NCBI GenBank assembly: GCA_963718915.1
Contig: CAVRAI010000009.1
Span: 150,001 to 182,000 of the forward strand
DNA: 32,000 nt
Direction of reading: 5' to 3'
Source of the DNA: an uncultured Chloroflexia bacterium
Lineage (GTDB): Bacteria > Chloroflexota > Ktedonobacteria > Ktedonobacterales > JADMIN01
Positions 1-10,600 of the stretch are shown here, in pieces. The first letter of the stretch is position 1. Every line of letters starts with the position of its first letter. The notes under the pieces are model-generated. The model was not told the DNA's origin. It did not search any database and worked only from the letters and a program-made list of their open reading frames with translations. A program made the translations under genes and the position numbers.

Positions 1-180
1 CGTCGTCCAGCAAGGGAGCGATGCGACGGCAGCCGCGACGGTGCAGCGCGAGCCAGAAGGTAGCGACCAAAGCGCCGCCAACGGTTGCAAAGGGCCTCTC
101 CGAAGGCGTGCAGGGCTACATGGAGAACACGAGAGGGAGGCGCCGCCGACCTCGAAGACGAGGCGCTCGCGAGTCAGGTT

Positions 181-1098
181 ATGGGCTTTCAGCAGGCGAT
201 TCTCACCGGGTGGCAGACCGCGCTCGCTAATTTCCTCGTCGTCCTGGAGAGCAAGTCCGATAAAGAATCGAGTCCTGATTTCCAGAAGGCGATGGGAAAG
301 TTCTTCCTCGAAAAAGCGGTGGGCAAGATTGGATCAGTCGCCAAGTGGGCTTTGGGCGAGGTTTCCGAGAAAGCCACAAAGCCGGTGGAATTTGGGCTGG
401 ACGCGCTCAAGGCGCTGAATGAAGAGGTGAAGCGGGCGGAGGAGGCCAAAGAATCGGCGACCCTGCGCGATTTCTATGTTCAGCATAATACCTCCATCGG
501 GAAGATGCGTCAGGCCGTGGAGGCGGGAACGCCGATGATTGTCGCGCGCGTGGGCAAGATTCGTGATGCGATGTTCCGTGCCACCGACACGAAGAAAGGC
601 ACGGCCACGGAGGCGCTGAACGATGCCGCCGACAAGTACACCACGATGCGGATGGTATTGAGCGACGCGTATGCTGAGGTGCAGGCGCGAGCGCAATTCT
701 CAACGCCCGAAAACATCTTTCGTCTGCTGACTGAAGAATGGATTCGCGGGAACACCGTCAAGGAAGGCTGGGGCACAAAAGAGGCGAGTGTCGTCATTCG
801 CATGAATAAAGACTTCTCGATCAAGGATGCGCATATCCAGGGGACGGGCGGCCAGAAGATCGCGGAGCAACTGGCGAAGGACGCCGAGTCGGAACATGCG
901 GGCGGCGTGAACTTCTACCAGATGGAGATACGGAAAGAGATCGAGTACTACGGCAACGACGGCAGCTACCCAACCGCGTATGTGCATCTCTACGCGGACA
1001 ATAGCATCCACGGCTATGTGCGCGGCGATGAGGAAGCGGCAAGGGTGTGGGAATATATCAAGCGCCGGAGCCGCAGGTCTGACCACCAAGAAAGTTGA
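181..1098 (+). CDS. hypothetical protein, no family recognised
   Basis: Frame-1 ORF open from 85 (TTG) to the stop at 1096-1098. The first ATG is at 181 (MGFQQAILTGW...). The N-terminal half looks helical and the C-terminal half is mixed (…VVIRMNKDFSIKDAHIQGTGG…YYGNDGSYPTAYVHLYADNSIHGYVRG…). There is no strong SD sequence, so the start is uncertain. Codon usage resembles its neighbours. Confidence 0.5.
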   Translation: MGFQQAILTGWQTALANFLVVLESKSDKESSPDFQKAMGKFFLEKAVGKIGSVAKWALGEVSEKATKPVEFGLDALKALNEEVKRAEEAKESATLRDFYVQHNTSIGKMRQAVEAGTPMIVARVGKIRDAMFRATDTKKGTATEALNDAADKYTTMRMVLSDAYAEVQARAQFSTPENIFRLLTEEWIRGNTVKEGWGTKEASVVIRMNKDFSIKDAHIQGTGGQKIAEQLAKDAESEHAGGVNFYQMEIRKEIEYYGNDGSYPTAYVHLYADNSIHGYVRGDEEAARVWEYIKRRSRRSDHQES

Positions 1099-1158
1099 GG
1101 GCGACTGATAGCCCGGCTGACCAGAGCAGCTCGTAGCGCATCAGGGTACGTGAATCTG

Positions 1159-2902
1159 TTACCGCGAGGCGGCGACCATATCCAGCGAAGGAACGGCCTC
1201 GGGCGTCGCGGCTTTCTCCTCAGCAATGGGCGCGGCGGCGGGCCGGGGGCGGCGGTGCTGCCTGCGCGAAACGAGCGCGCGCACGGCGAGGGTCGTCCAG
1301 ACGCCGAGGACCAGCGGGCAGGAACCAGAAAACGCGATGCCGGAAGGGAATCCCTGAATCAGCGTGAGCAGACTCTGCGGCGTTTCGCCGTTCCTGGCGG
1401 GGACGATCCCGCCGCTGCTGATGAGCGGCCAGTAGAGGTCGGTCAGCGGGAAGGGCGGGTCGGTGTGATAGATGCGCACGCCGAGCGCGACGAAGAGGAA
1501 TGAGATCGCCACCCCATAGACGAGCGAGACGGCGAACGCCACGCGCAACCAGCGGCGCGGATGGTCCACCACCCAGGCGAGCGCCATGCAGGCAAACGGC
1601 AGCATCGGCACCAGCAGGCGCGGGCCGGGCAGCTCACCCGCCATCGGCAGGAAGTACGATGAGATCGCCAGTGGATAGAGCACCACCACCCCCAGCGAGA
1701 CCAGCGCCTCGGGCGTGCCAGGCGTCTGAAGCGTTGCCCAGAGCCGTCTCAGCCCGCGCATGAGCGGCGACGATGCCAGATGCGCCTACGGACACTTTGG
1801 CTGTTGCTCGATAGCCGCGGCGCAGCCAGCGCAGCAGGCCCAGCGGCACGAGCAGCAGGAACGGCGACTCGATCAGCAGCCCGCGCGGGAAGGCCAGCGT
1901 TGACCAGAGACTATCCAGGTGCGGTGTGGTGATGCCAAAGAACCCGTCGTGCTGCCCGGAGAACGCCGGATCGCTGACATAGGCGTAGCTGAGATGGAAC
2001 GGACTGCCAAAGGCAAACCAGTTGTACCACCCTAGCAGCAGCACGCTCGGTATCAACCCGACGATGAATGCGCCGGTCATCAGCAGGCGCTGCCGGGGGA
2101 AGACCAGCCAGATATAGGCGAAGAGCAGCACGACGATCACCCCGATGGGGTACTCGCTGATGACGGCCAGGCCCAGCAGCATGCCGGAGAGAATCACCCA
2201 TGCGCCTGCGTTCTCTTTCTCGCGGGCGCGGTAGAGCAGGTAGAAGCCGATGAAGGCGAGGCCACCGCCGAAGGCATGGCTGAAGAAGGTGGTCGAGAAG
2301 GGAAATGCCAGCGTGCCTAGCGCAAACGCTCCCGCCACCACCATCGGCAACGGAGTGGACGCCAGCGAGGGGCGCAGGTGCGCGACGAAACGGCGCAGCG
2401 CCACCGCGGCCATTATGGCGACCGGCAGCACGGTGAGGGCGTTCAGATAGGCGATCTGCTGGGTCAGGGTAAACTGGGTCGTGTTGTCGATCGTGGTGAT
2501 GTGGCCGAGCAGCCAGAGCAGCGGCGTCGCCAGCAGCGAGAGGCCAAGCGAGCGCGGCGAATACCAGTGGCCTTGATAGTAGCTCACATCGATGGTGTTG
2601 CCCGCATGGATGTCGATGATCGCGGAACCATGCGCCAGCGCGTAGACCATGTCATACCGGCTGAGCGTGTTGGTGCCGGCAGGCGTCAGGTAAAAGACAT
2701 AGCACAGCGCGAGCAGACCGGCAAAGACCCGGTCACTCTGGTATAGTCGCGCAAGTATCTGTGGTATTGTCCCCCAGATTTGCCGCAATCGTGTCCTGGA
2801 TATCGGGGCAGACGCGACGGGGGTTCGTACGGCGGGACCCAGTGACGTTATATAGGTCAACCAGCGCTCACCCGCCGTTCTTTTCATTTCCTGGCTACGC
2901 AT
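1159..2902 (-). pseudogene. polytopic integral membrane protein (GT-C / ArnT-PMT-like glycosyltransferase candidate), split by one frameshift near 1775-1790
   Basis: ORFs 1634..2950(-) and 1159..1761(-) are both multi-TM and hydrophobic. They join naturally (…LLRWLRRGYRATAKVSVG / …MRGLRRLWATLQTPG…) if one base is restored near 1780. The first periplasmic-type loop (…YYQGHWYSPRSLGLSLL…) resembles GT-C family enzymes, but that family call is only by eye. The likely start is ATG 2902 (M17 of the ORF) or 2887. Confidence 0.55.
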
Positions 2903-2911
2903 ATATCCGTT

Positions 2912-2941
2912 AGTATACCGGGCACAATGGCCTCTCGCCAA
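2912..2941 (-). promoter_or_regulatory. sigma70-like promoter TTGGCG-18-TATACT for the membrane protein gene
   Basis: On the minus strand, the -35 TTGGCG lies at 2941..2936, followed by an 18-nt spacer and the -10 TATACT at 2917..2912. The ATG at 2902 lies only 9 nt after the -10, so the mRNA could be leaderless or nearly so. Confidence 0.4.
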
Positions 2942-2979
2942 CACACTCACCTAAACGGCAGGCATCGTTCCAGATTGTT

Positions 2980-3867
2980 TCAATTTGCATGTTCCGCGCC
3001 AGAGAAGGTCATGCCAGCCACGGCGGTGTGCGCCAGCAGACGCGCTCCCGTGCGCCAGAGAACATTGTGCCGAGCATCATCGCTCCAGCCATCCAGGTTG
3101 AAGAAGTCCGCAAGCCACCGATCAGGCGGAATGAACGGATAGTCCGAGCCAAACAGGAACTTCCCGTTCAGACGTCCGGCGGCCTCTTTGAGGAGCGCGG
3201 GTGGGATGTATTTTGGCGACCAGCCGGAAAGGTCGTTGTAGACGTTCGGTTTATGCTGCAAGATGGCGATCATCTCCTGTTCCCACGGCCAGGAGGGATG
3301 CGCGCCAATGATCGTCAGGTCGGGCATATCCGCGGCCAGACTATCCAGATGGATAGGCCGCATGGTCTCCAGCTTGAGGCCCCACCGCCGGGCATGTTGG
3401 CGCCCAGGCCGGATGTGCCTGATGGAAGAGCGCCGGGATGCCGAGCGCGGCGATGCGCTCGAAGAGTGGGCGGAATTGCGGATCGTCAGGATAGAAGTTC
3501 TGAATGCCGGGATGAAACTTTGCTCCGGAAAGGCCCAGGTCTTTGACCGCCCGCTCGATCTCCTCGATGGCGCGGTCGCCTTTGAGTGGATCGACGCTGG
3601 CGAAACCGACGAATTGCTGTGGATAGCGGCGAACAATCTCGGCCACGGTATCATTGCGCAGCGGCTTCTGGCCGGTAGCCGTCTCGGCGTCCCAGGCCAA
3701 CAGCACCCCCACGATGTCTTGCCCAGCGTAGTAATCGGCAATCTCTTCGATATCGCGGAGCGTGACCTCCTTGTGGAAGTACTGCTCGACGGAAGGCGAT
3801 ATTCCCGATCGCCATCCATAAACTCGGCAATGGGCAAATCCACGTGGAAGTCTATCGCGCGGGGCAT
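2980..3867 (-). pseudogene. amidohydrolase-2-type metal-dependent hydrolase, three frame changes
   Basis: The start is MPRAIDFHVDLPIAEFMDGD with a GAGGAGG SD 7 nt upstream. The middle (…SVEQYFHKEVTLRDIEEIADYY…FASVDPLKGDRAIEEIERAVKDLGLSGAKFHPGIQNFYP…GIPALFH) is in the frame of ORF 3341..3913(-). The end (…LKLETMRPIHLDSLAADMPDLTIIGAHPSWPW…LFGSDYPF…) returns to the first frame. The shifts sit at about 3802, 3421 and 3380, each a 1-nt loss at a short run (AAA to AA, TT to T, GGGGG to GGGG as read on the coding strand). Confidence 0.65.
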
Positions 3868-4049
3868 CGGCCGACCTCCTCACCGCTTTACTACTACTCG
3901 AAAGCAATAGCATTCCTCCATGAGAATCACATGAGATAGTACATCAGAGAATACGTCCCTGTAGCGAGCATCCTCTCAGGCTCATCTCAGCTTTCTCACT
4001 ACTATACCACGCGAAGCGCGAGCAGACAGGCGTCGGTCGGGCTATCGGT

Positions 4050-4079
4050 TTGCCGCGCCGAGGGTGGCAGACATATACT
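4050..4079 (+). promoter_or_regulatory. candidate promoter TTGCCG-18-TATACT upstream of recG
   Basis: TTGCCG at 4050-4055, an 18-nt spacer, and TATACT at 4074-4079, about 50 nt before the GTG at 4128. Confidence 0.35.
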
Positions 4080-4127
4080 GTTGAGGCGGCGCTGGGCATT
4101 TCGCGGCGCACAGAATGAGGCAGTAGC

Positions 4128-6844
4128 GTGCAGGAGACTCCGGCGAGGACGGGAAAACAGCCCGATAACGCGCGCCAGTTGATCGAACGGGCGCGGCACA
4201 TTCTGACTCACGAGCAGCGGAGCGGCCATCAGGACAACGTCGTCAGGCCCGGCGGCATCGAGGCGTTTATCGAGCGCTGGGGCACGCAGATGCACGCCGC
4301 CCGCGACCGTGGGGAGATCGCCGCGCCGCCCGCTGGCGCCACGGGACGATTCCCTGAAGTCGCGATCCTGCACCTGCTAACGGGCTATCGCACGCTCGAC
4401 CCAATGCAGCGCGCCGCCAAGATTCGCGCGGCGCTGGCGCTGCTCGACGCCTTCGATACGCCAGCTATGCCCAATGCCGCCGCCCATCTCGCCCAGCCAC
4501 CGCGCCCACAGCCAGTCCCCGGCCCAGCCGCGAGGCGCCCCGATTCGGCCAGCCGCCAATGGCCACGCCGCCAGACGTCCGGCGGCCTCGCGCCAGAGGA
4601 AAACTGGCCACTGGCGAAACCACTTCCCCCACCACCGGTTTTGCCCGCCGAGCGTCCGCGTCCGGCTACGCCACCACGCGAGCCGCGTCCCGAGGACGAG
4701 TATCTGCTCCAGGCGCCGGTCACGGCCGTCCCGGCGTGGGCGCGACGCAGGAGACGCGACTGGCGCGACTCGGCATCCGACCGTCGTGATCTGCTGCTCG
4801 TACTTCCCGCGCGAGCACCACGATTACAGCACGCTGCAGAAGATCGGCGCAGCTGCCGTTCGGCGAGGTCAGCACCGTGCTGGGGCTGATCTGGGAGGTG
4901 GAGAACACCCGCACGGGCAAGGGGCGCACGCGCACGGTCGCGCGCATCTCCGACGAGACCGGCGCGATCCGCTGCACCTGGTTCAACCAGCCATACCTGC
5001 TCAAGCAACTGCCGCGCGGCGCGTATATCGTCATCACGGGCGTGAAGCAGCGTTTCGGCAACCGCGTGGAGTTCGGCGTGCGCAGCCACGAGCTGCCGGA
5101 GCAGGGCGATCTCATCAACACCGGGCGGCTGGTGCCGGTCTATGCGCTGACCGAGGGGCTGTCTCCGAAGGTGCTGCGGCGCTTCACGAAATGGGCGGTG
5201 GATCGCTGCGCGCCGTTCGTGCCCGAGCATCTGCCGCGGGCGCTGCGCGCGCGCGCGGGGCTGATGCCGCTGCCCGAGGCCGTCGCGCAGATGCACTATC
5301 CCGACAACGAGGAGTTGCTTGCGGAGGCGCGGCGGCGGCTGGCCTTCGACGAGCTGTTCCTGATCCAGCTTGGCATGCTGACGCGTCGGGCCAACTGGCA
5401 GGATGGGCCGCCCGCTCCGGCGCTGCCCGTGCCGCCGGCGCTGATCTTCGCCGATGCGCCCGACGGAGGCGACGCGCGTTCCCGCCGCCGAGGATGCGGC
5501 GCCGGCGCTGGGCGGAGGGCTGTGGCCGCTCGGCGCGACGTGCTTCGAGGCGACGCTGCCCTTCCGCTTCACGGGCGCGCAGCGGCGGGCGATACGCGAG
5601 ATCCTGGCCGATCTGCGCGAAGCGCAGGCGATGTGCCGGCTGCTGCAGGGCGATGTCGGCTCCGGCAAGACGGTGGTGGCCGCGGCCGCGCTGCTGGCCG
5701 CCGCGGCCAATGGCTACCAGGGCGCGCTGCTGGCGCCAACGGAGATCCTGGCCGAGCAGCACTATCGCGGCCTGAGCGCGCTGCTGGCGCCGTTTGGCCT
5801 GCATGTGGTGCTGCTGACGGGCAGCCAGAAGCGCCAAGGAGCGCGCGGCCGCCGCGCGAGCGCTGGCGAATGGGCAGGCGGCTGGCCGTGGGCACGCACG
5901 CGCTGATCCAGGAGGACGTGGCGTTCGCGAGGCTGGGGCTGGCGGTGGTGGACGAGCAGCACCGCTTCGGCGTGGAGCAGCGCGACGCCCTGCGCCAGAA
6001 GGGCTACAACCCGCACATGCTGGTGATGACGGCGACGCCGATCCCGCGCACGCTGGCGCTGACGCTCTACGGCGATCTCGATGTCTCGGTGCTGGACGAG
6101 ATGCCCGCCGGGCGCCAGCCGATCATCACGCGCTGGCGCTCGGGCGACGCAGCGGCAGGAGGCGTACCAGCTGGTCGCCGAGGAGGTGGCGGAGGGGCGG
6201 CAGGCGTACATCATCTGCCCGCTGGTCGAGGAGTCGGAGACGCTGGAGGCGAAGCCGCCGTCGCGGAGTACGAGCGGCTGCAGACGGAGGTGTTCCCCGA
6301 GCTGCGGCTGGGACTGGTGCATGGGCAGCTGCAGGCCGGCGAGAAGGACCGCGTGATGCGCGCCTTCCGCGATGGCGAGATCGATGTGCTGGTCGCGACC
6401 GCGGTGGTCGAGGTGGGCGTGGACGTGCCCAACGCGACGGTGATGCTGATCGAGGATGCCGACCGCTTCGGCCTGTCGCAGCTGCACCAGTTCCGCGGGC
6501 GCGTCGGGCGCGGCGAGCAGCAGTCGTACTGCTATCTGCTGAGCCAGGAGGCTGGCATGGCGGCCAGCGAGCGGCTGAGCGTGATGGAGCAGCACCACGC
6601 GATGGCTTCGCGCTGGCCGAGGCGGACCTGCGGCTGCGCGGCCCCGGCGACTTCTTCGGCACGCGCCAGAGCGGCTTGCCGGAGCTGAAGGTGGCGACGA
6701 CCTGGCCGATACGCGCGCTGCTGGCGGTGGCGCGCCGCAGGCGGAGTGGCTCTGGCAGCGCGATCCCTATCTGCGCGCAGCTCGAGCACCGCGCAACTGC
6801 GCGAGCGCGTCTTCCTCTTCTGGCACGACTTCGCCGCGCATTAG
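4128..6844 (+). pseudogene. recG: ATP-dependent DNA helicase RecG, readable only through about 15 frame changes
   Basis: All RecG hallmarks are present, but scattered over three frames:
- wedge/OB region (…VTAVPGVG…LARLGI…DLLLYFPREHHDY…VLGLIWEVEN…CTWFNQPYL…)
- helicase motif I DVGSGKT
- motif [12 protein letters not shown]
- [10 protein letters not shown]
- [12 protein letters not shown]
- C-terminal …[24 protein letters not shown]…

Approximate shift sites are 4730, 4777, 4801, 4846, 5458, 5830, 5880, 6145, 6253, 6599, 6700, 6714, 6738, 6777 and 6791. The stop TAG is at 6842-6844. A Pro-rich N-terminal extension of about 190 aa precedes the wedge domain. Confidence 0.85.
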
Positions 6845-7650
6845 GCGGCTAAGGGAGGTAGACACGCTGTTACTCGAACGCTGTGCTATTTAGCAATGCT
6901 GAGGTTGTGCGGGTTGGCGAGTTTAGTGCTGTTTGGATCTGAGGTAAGGTATTGAGAGTCAGGAGAGCACTTCGTACATACACAAGGGCCGTTTGTTCCA
7001 TGTGTTTTGACAGTATTGTCACTGTATTACGATTGGAATCATCTGCTCGCGTGACTTAGTGTAGGATGTCGCATTGAGTGTGTATTTCACAGACGCGACA
7101 TGTTGGTGTCACATGCGAAACTGCTATGGTTTGCAGGTGATTGTGGACGTTGCACGGTATGCGCCTTCAGTGCGTTACTTGCCTTACCTTGGATGTGTTG
7201 GGTGTAGAGCGACGATGGCTCTTCACATGCTCCGTATGCCATCCTCTTTTCGAGTGTAGGGCTTTACAGGAGCGATTTACTTGCTTTCTCTGTCTCTGCA
7301 TATGTGCTACCTCTCAACAAAATGCCCAGCATCGCTACGACGAAGACGATCTTCGCTTTGCTAGGGGTGCAGGGGAAGGAAGGGAACTCTTCCACCTCAA
7401 TGTATATCACAGTACGACTGATAGCAACACCATCTGACGTTATATGAGCGTGTTTGGTAATTTGACGATGGCATATGAGATATCATGTCTAATGTTTTCG
7501 GATTGCGACGAGACACAAGAAAGTGATAGTTTGCGCAATGCAATGGGATATTGCAGACATGCTCGGCTTGCGGTTCCTGCTATACTGATGTCAAGCAGTC
7601 CAGCGTCTGGATTCCCTTCTTCCACTGGGAGAGGGATTAGGGGAGGGGTC
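6845..7650. other. about 800-bp low-GC, G+T-skewed non-coding spacer
   Basis: GC is roughly 45-48% against 65-72% for the flanking genes. The plus strand is G/T-rich between about 6900 and 7260. Only short, implausible ORFs occur here. A 7-bp inverted repeat ATGTCGC (7066-7072) / GCGACAT (7095-7101) is present. Confidence 0.6.
7614..7650. repeat. degenerate copy of the G-rich palindromic repeat (CCCTTCTTCC-N4-GGGAGAGGG-N-AGGGGAGGGGTC)
   Basis: The sequence cccttcttccactgggagagggattaggggaggggtc abuts the R-M gene ATG, where its GGGGAGGGG doubles as the SD. It shares the GGAGAGGG…GGGGAGG/GGTGAGGTC core with the copies at 10821, 11143 and 12511. Confidence 0.5.
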
Positions 7651-10600
7651 ATGAGCGCCGAGCCACTATTCCGCGACTATCTCACCAGGATCGAGCAGGC
7701 CCACCGGGCAGGGAACGCCACCGAGCATACCTATCGCACCTATCTGCAAACACTGCTCGAAGCGCTCGGCACTCATATCACCGCGACCAATGAACCGAAA
7801 CGGGTGGCCTGTGGCGCGCCCGACTATGTGATCTCCACCGAGACCCGCTCTGGCCGCGCCACCATCGGCTATGTCGAGGCGAAAGATATCGGCGTCCCAC
7901 TGACCGAGACGCTCAAAACCGACCAGCTCAACCGCTACCGCAACGCCCTCGAAAATCTCGTGCTGACCGACTACCTGGAATTTCGCTGGTTTCTCAAGGG
8001 CGAACATCACATGACCGTCCGGCTGGCGGAGGTGAAGAACGGGCACATCATCGCCGACCATGATGGGATGGCGAAGGCCGAGGATCTGCTTGATCTCATT
8101 CCTCGGACAAAGCCCCGAACTGATTCGCAGCCCCAAAGACCTCGCCCAGCGCATGGCCCGGCTGACCCACATGATCCGCGACTGACGGTGGCAGTCCTTC
8201 GCGCAGGGCGCCGCCTCGACGATGCTCACCGGGCTGTATGACTCGTTCAAGCAGGTGCTCATCCCCGACCTCTCGGAGTCCGATTTCGCCGATATGTTCG
8301 CGCAGACGCTCGCCTATGGCCTCTTCGCCGCTCGTTCCCGCCATACCGGCGCGGAGCCATTTCGCCGGGAGCATGCGGCGCGCGAGATTCCCAAGACCAA
8401 CCCGTTCCTGCGCAAGCTCTTCGACACGATCACGGGCGTCGCGCTGGATGACGAGCCGTTCGCCGGGTTCGTGGACGACCTGACGCAACTGCTGGCCCGC
8501 GCCGATATGGAGGCGATTCTGGCCGACTTTGGCCGCCGCACCCGCCAGGATGACCCGATCATCCACTTCTACGAGACGTTCTTGCAGGCCTACGACCCGA
8601 AGCTACGCGAGCTACGCGGCGTCTACTACACCCCGGAACCCGTCGTCTCCTACATCGTCCGCTCGGTGGACGCCATCCTCAAGCGCGACTTTGGTCTGCC
8701 CGAGGGATTGGCGCGATAGCGGCGAGGCTATCGACGCTACCGCGGACGACGACCGAGGGTCGAGCAGTCGCCGCGGTCTTCAGGTGCCGCGTGTCCTGCT
8801 GCTCGACCCCGCCTGTGGCACGGGGACGTTTCTCTACAAGGTGATCGATCTGATTCGCGAGCGGTTCCAGCGGGCGGGCAACGCGGGGATGTGGTCGGGC
8901 TACGTCGGCAAGCATCTCTTGCCCCGCCTCTTTGGCTTCGAGCTACTGATGGCGCCCTACGCGATGGCGCATCTCAAGCTGGGGATGGAGCTGGCGGCGC
9001 TGGATATGGATGAGGCGCAGCGGGCAAGCTGGGCCTACGACTTCGCCAGCGATGAGCGGCTGGGCGTCTATCTGACCAATACGCTGGATGAGGCGGCCAA
9101 GCAGACCGAGCGGCTGCAACTGGGCCAGTATATCTCCGATGAGGCGAACGAGGCGGCCAAGATCAAGCGCGACGCCCCGGTGATGGTGGTGCTGGGCAAT
9201 CCGCCGTATTCGGGCCACTCGGCCAACAAGGGCAAGTGGATCAGCGCCCTCTTGCGCGGGAACCGATACGCTCAACGGCGCGTCTACGGGCAACTATTTC
9301 GCGGTGGATGGCCAGCCGCTCGGCGAGCGCAACCCCAAGTGGCTCAACGACGACTACGTGAAGTTCCTGCGGTTCGCCCAGTGGCGCATCGAGCGCACCG
9401 GCCACGGCGTGCTGGCGTTCATCACCAACCACGGCTATCTGGATAACCCGACCTTTCGCGGCATGCGCCAGAGCCTGATGCAGAGCTTCGACGAGATTCA
9501 CGTCCTGAACCTGCACGGCAACAGCAAGAAGAAGGAGCGCGCGCCCGACGGTGGCAAGGATGAGAACGTCTTCGACATCCAGCAGGGCGTCGCCATCGGC
9601 ATCTTCATCCGCCGCGAGGGCAGCCACGGCGCCACCCGCACACGCGAAGGTCTATCACGCCGACCTCTACGGCGAGCGCGCGGGCAAGTATGCCTGGCTG
9701 GCCGAAAGCGATGTGATGGCCACCCAATGGGCGGAGGTGCAGCCACACGCGCCGTTCTATCTCTTCGTGCCCCGTGAGACCGACCTGGAGGCGGAGTATC
9801 GACCAGGGCTGGAATGTCACTGAGATTGATGGCGGTGCAATGGCTGGGGTATCGCTGACGCAGCGAGACACTTTGTTAGTCGCACTTTTCACGCAGAAGA
9901 CATATGAGCGATCGATTCGAAGACATACGAGCGACTCACGACGCAGAACAAGCGCATGAAACACAAGTATGGGATCCAAGAGTCGCTCATTGGCACGTTG
10001 CAACTGCCAAGAAACAGATGTCAAGCGACATCTGGGCAACAGCACGTCATGGCCATGTTTTATCGGCCATTCGATATACGGTGGACGTATTACTACTGAG
10101 CAAGTGCGATGGATTGAGTGCGCGCCGACAACCGAGTATGATATTATACGCCACATGTTTCAATCAATCTAGGTCTTATCACCGTAAGAAGAACAGAGGT
10201 AACTGGGGAAGATAGCCATGTCTTCTGTAGCTAACGAAATGTGCTAGTGCATTGCACTCGATATCCCTCAAACGGAGAGCGATCTATCGTTTTCCCACTC
10301 TACCTCTACCCCGACACGTCCGAAGGCCAGCCTGTGGGATGAGGCGCACCCGCTGCCCAATACGCCTGGTGGCCGCAGTCCCAACCTCGCCCCCGCGTTC
10401 ATCGGCGATCTCAGCGCGCGGCTGGGGCTGGCGTGGGTAGCCGATGGCAAGGGCAGGCGCGACGAGGGAACCTTCGGCCCCGAAGATGTCTTCAACTACC
10501 TGTACGCCATCTTCCACGCGCCCGAATACCGCGAGCGCTACGCCGAGTTCCTCAAGACCGACTTCCCCCGGCTGCCGCTCACCCGCGACGCCGACCTCTT

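Noticed and set aside
4385-5710. 441-aa minus-strand ORF, plus the 433-aa (4474..5775) and 603-aa (4877..6688) plus-strand ORFs in the recG region.
   Set aside because: The plus-strand ORFs are recG read partly in frame and partly out of frame, with recognisable motifs only in segments. The minus-strand ORF is a GC-rich shadow with Arg/Ala/Pro-rich nonsense.
7442-7450. A shared 9-mer ATATGAGCG between the low-GC spacer (7442-7450) and the low-GC patch in the R-M gene (9902-9910). This hinted that the two low-GC segments might be related.
   Set aside because: A single 9-mer match between segments of 800 and 470 bp is about what chance predicts, and I saw no extended similarity.
7581-7586. TATACT hexamer 65 nt upstream of the R-M gene ATG, as a possible promoter.
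   Set aside because: There is no acceptable -35 at 16-19 nt spacing. The nearest TTGCAG and TTGCGG are 24 and 7 nt away.
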